Source of the DNA: Dehalococcoidia bacterium
GTDB lineage: Bacteria > Chloroflexota > Dehalococcoidia > Plut-88900
NCBI GenBank assembly: GCA_965197585.1
Contig: OZ240215.1
Location: forward strand, 3,168,001 to 3,232,000
DNA length: 64,000 bases
Reading direction: 5' to 3'
In this document: piece after piece, positions 61,193 to 64,000 of the stretch
Layout: each line of letters starts with the position of its first letter
Numbering within the stretch: the stretch's first letter is position 1
The notes under the pieces: generated by a model
Seen by the model: the letters and a program-made list of their open reading frames with translations, nothing else
What the model was told of the DNA's origin: nothing
Database searches by the model: none
Translations under genes and position numbers: made by a program

Positions 61193-62061
61193 CGCCGCAC
61201 CAGGTTGCGGAGCATGGTTTCAGACCAGACCTGTGCCGTGAGTCCCAGCTTCTCCCTGGAGCTAAGCGCTATTCGTTCGCCGAAAACGTTGTAGTCCCGC
61301 GCCTCAATCCTGTCCAGGAGCTTCGAATATAGGGCCTGCAGTACGGCAGGGCAGAGCCGGGACCGGGGGGCCAGCAGGGGAAGAAGCCCTGCGCTCCTTT
61401 CGAAGTAGTCCCGTGCCCGGTTGACCTGCTGCACCATCATCGCCCGGAACTCGGGCCCCGTGGTCCCGGCCTGAAGTGACTCGGGAGTCACCCCGTGCTC
61501 CGCCAACTCGTTCTGAGGCAGATACACCCTGCCTCGCCCGCAGTCCTCCTCGATGTCCCGTAGGATGTTCGTCAGCTGCATGGCTATCCCCATGTCGGTG
61601 GCGAACTCCTTGGCCCTTGAATCCGTGTACTCGAAGATCTCAATGCAGACCAGCCCGACCACCGACGCAACGCGGTAGCAGTATTGGTATAGATCCTCGA
61701 AATTCTGGTAGCTGTGGGTCACCAGGTCCATCTCCACGCCGTCGATGATCTCGTGAAAGTAGTCCTTGGAGATGCCGAACTTACGGCACGAGTCCAACAG
61801 GGCAACGAACAGGGGAGACTCTGGGTTTCCTTCAAAAGCCTCGTCCAGTTGCCGGTGCAGACCCGTGAGCAGCGCCGCCTTCTCGTCTAAGGGGATTTCC
61901 TCGTCGCTGTAGTCGTCTGATAGGCGGCAGAAAGCATATGCTGCGTAGATGGCCTTCCGTTTCTCTTTCGGGAGAGTGATGAAGGCGTAATAGAAGTTTC
62001 GTGCCCTACTCCGCGTTAGGTCGGTGCAGTAGGCGTAAGATTCTTCCAGGGTAGGAAGCAA
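61186..62061 (-). CDS. hpnD: Squalene/phytoene synthase family protein (HpnD-like)
   Basis: NFYYAF, YAFCR..DD..D, YCYRVASVVG and QLTNILRDI motifs; adjacent to shc. Confidence 0.85.
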   Translation of the reverse strand: MLPTLEESYAYCTDLTRSRARNFYYAFITLPKEKRKAIYAAYAFCRLSDDYSDEEIPLDEKAALLTGLHRQLDEAFEGNPESPLFVALLDSCRKFGISKDYFHEIIDGVEMDLVTHSYQNFEDLYQYCYRVASVVGLVCIEIFEYTDSRAKEFATDMGIAMQLTNILRDIEEDCGRGRVYLPQNELAEHGVTPESLQAGTTGPEFRAMMVQQVNRARDYFERSAGLLPLLAPRSRLCPAVLQALYSKLLDRIEARDYNVFGERIALSSREKLGLTAQVWSETMLRNLVRRW

Positions 62062-62065
62062 GGCC

Positions 62066-64000
62066 CTAGTCCCCGTTCAGGGCCCGGCGATAGCGCCCCA
62101 GAGCGAGGAGGGGGAAATAGATCCTGTACATGTGGTACTTGATCATGAAGTCCCTGGGGAAACCCGTCCCGGTGAAATAGTCCTCGGGCCACGTTCCATC
62201 CGAGCCTTGCGTTGCCAGGAGATATTCTACGCCCCTGCGGGCCTCCGTGCTGTCGGCCTTGTTGGCGGATATGAGGCCCAGCAATGCCCAGGACGTCTGG
62301 GATGCCGTGCTCGGCCCCCGACCCCTCAGAGACGGGTCATCGTAGGAGGCGCAGGTCTCCCCCCAGCCGCCATCTTCGTTCTGGTGTGCTCTCAGCCACT
62401 CCACGGCCTTCTGGACATATGGGCTGTTCATGTCCTCGCCCAGGGCCTCGAGCGCGGGCAGCACTGCCCCGACTCCATAAACGTAGTTCACGCCCCATCG
62501 CCCGAACCACGCCCCATCCTCTTCCTGCTCGTCTTTGATGTACCTCAGTCCGGCGGCAATCCGGGGGTCCGACTCAACGGTAAGGCCCCGCAGCCCGAGA
62601 AGCTCTAGGATATGGGCCGTCACGTCTACACTTGGCGGATCGATCACCTCTCCGAAGTCACAGAAGGGAATCTGGGTAACCAGGGTGCGCGTATTGTTCT
62701 TGTCGAACGCCCCCCACCCCCCGTTTCGGCTCTGCATCCCCATTATCCATTCGATACCGCGGTCTATGGCCCGTTCGCTTGCGATGGGGTCCAACACTAC
62801 CTTGGTCAGGGCGATGGCAACTTCTGCCGCATCATCTATGTCGGGATACCATTCGTTGTCAAACTCGAAGGCCCAGCCCCCGGGCTTGAGCCCCGGGCTT
62901 TTCACTGCCCAGTCCCCCTCTTTCGTGATCTGCACTTCCAGCAGCCACTCCCCGGCCCTCACCAGGGCCGGGTGCTGGCGTGACATCCCCGACTCCTCGA
63001 GGGCGATTACAACCCACGCCGTGTCCCACACTGGACTGATGCACGACTGGGTCCTGAAAATATCATCCTCTTCGATACCGAAAGTATTGAAGGCCTCCAG
63101 CCCCTTGGCCATCACGGGGTGCTCTATCGGGTAGCCGAGACAGTCCAGGGCGATAAGGGAGTAGACCCAAGGCGGCTGGATGCCGGCCCAGGCCCCGTTC
63201 GCTTCCTGGTGCTCCAGTATCCATTCCTCCGCCTTCTTGATGGCCAGGGCCCGGGTTGGCCGCAGAGGCCACTTGTCCCCGATCTTGATCATCCTGTCCA
63301 GTCCCATGAATGCACGCTTCCAGCTGACCAGTCCGGGTTCGCCCCTGACCGTGTAGCTTAAGCGCCCCGCGTCCGGCGGGATCAGCTCGTCGATCTTTGC
63401 GTAATCCGGTACGCTTCGCACGGGCCTCTTGTCCATGATGATGGTCATGGGCACTATCGTGCCCCGGGCCCAGGATGAGAACTCGTAGATGTTGAAGGGG
63501 AACCACGTTGGCAGGAGGAACATCTCCGGCGGCATAGCCGGGATGGCGTCCCAACTCCACTCCCCGAGCATGGCGAGCCAGATTTTCGTGAAGTTCCGAA
63601 CTTTGGGAAGGCCTCCCTCGGAGAGGATGAACTGCTTAGCTTTGACCATTCGAGGGTCGTCTGCGGAAATGCCGGCGAGCTTCAGCGCGAAATACGCCTC
63701 CACGGTGATATTCAAGTCTCCGGGACCTCCGTAATACACGGCCCAGGTGCCGTCCTCCCTCTGGCAGCTCAGCAGATATCGGGAGACCTGCGCCCACCGA
63801 CGCTTTTCGCCTATGCCCAGGAAGTGAGTGAGCATCAGGTATTCCGCGGTAATGGTTGCGTTGGACTCCAGCTCCCCCCACCAGTACCCCTCCCTGTATT
63901 GCGTGTCCAGCAAATGCTCCTGGCAATTCCTGATCGCCGACTCCAGCGCCAGCCCATCCACAACCCCATTCCTGTGGCCGTTGACCTTTCCATTGCCTTG
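62066..64000 (-). CDS. shc: Squalene-hopene cyclase (frame is open to the window edge, so the N-terminus may be missing)
   Basis: QW repeats (Q..DG.W), SPVWDT, YPDIDDAA catalytic motif, GTGFPRDF. Confidence 0.95.
   Translation of the reverse strand, partial: QGNGKVNGHRNGVVDGLALESAIRNCQEHLLDTQYREGYWWGELESNATITAEYLMLTHFLGIGEKRRWAQVSRYLLSCQREDGTWAVYYGGPGDLNITVEAYFALKLAGISADDPRMVKAKQFILSEGGLPKVRNFTKIWLAMLGEWSWDAIPAMPPEMFLLPTWFPFNIYEFSSWARGTIVPMTIIMDKRPVRSVPDYAKIDELIPPDAGRLSYTVRGEPGLVSWKRAFMGLDRMIKIGDKWPLRPTRALAIKKAEEWILEHQEANGAWAGIQPPWVYSLIALDCLGYPIEHPVMAKGLEAFNTFGIEEDDIFRTQSCISPVWDTAWVVIALEESGMSRQHPALVRAGEWLLEVQITKEGDWAVKSPGLKPGGWAFEFDNEWYPDIDDAAEVAIALTKVVLDPIASERAIDRGIEWIMGMQSRNGGWGAFDKNNTRTLVTQIPFCDFGEVIDPPSVDVTAHILELLGLRGLTVESDPRIAAGLRYIKDEQEEDGAWFGRWGVNYVYGVGAVLPALEALGEDMNSPYVQKAVEWLRAHQNEDGGWGETCASYDDPSLRGRGPSTASQTSWALLGLISANKADSTEARRGVEYLLATQGSDGTWPEDYFTGTGFPRDFMIKYHMYRIYFPLLALGRYRRALNGD

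Overview
GC-rich bacterial chromosome segment. The gene content (paralogous amidohydrolases, enoyl-CoA hydratases, TauD, M24 and TPP enzymes, an F420-type PPOX protein, a PAC2-family protein and P/T-rich lipoproteins) suggests Chloroflexota, probably Dehalococcoidia/SAR202; this is inference. Bases 1 to about 17,300 are accessory. They hold tRNA-Ile plus a degenerate copy, each followed by a different foreign cassette and then the 5' end of tauD; an intact IS481 inserted in a REP-like palindrome; an IS1595 remnant; a serine-type tRNA body with a UAA (Leu) anticodon; an HTH-fused inositol-3-phosphate synthase; and an ORF-free element at 11547-11985 that folds into a large, internally duplicated RNA-like structure behind a sigma70 promoter. 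That element is the best candidate for something undescribed. From 17.6 kb on the window is mostly housekeeping and catabolic: pyrG, transaldolase, rho, tyrA-aroA-gmk, tRNA-Sec, trxA, iscS/iscU, cinA, coaE with a CbbQ/VWA pair, a pot-like ABC transporter, and hopanoid genes shc and hpnD, plus HigBA and HicAB modules. All calls come from reading motifs by eye; no database searches or folding programs were run.
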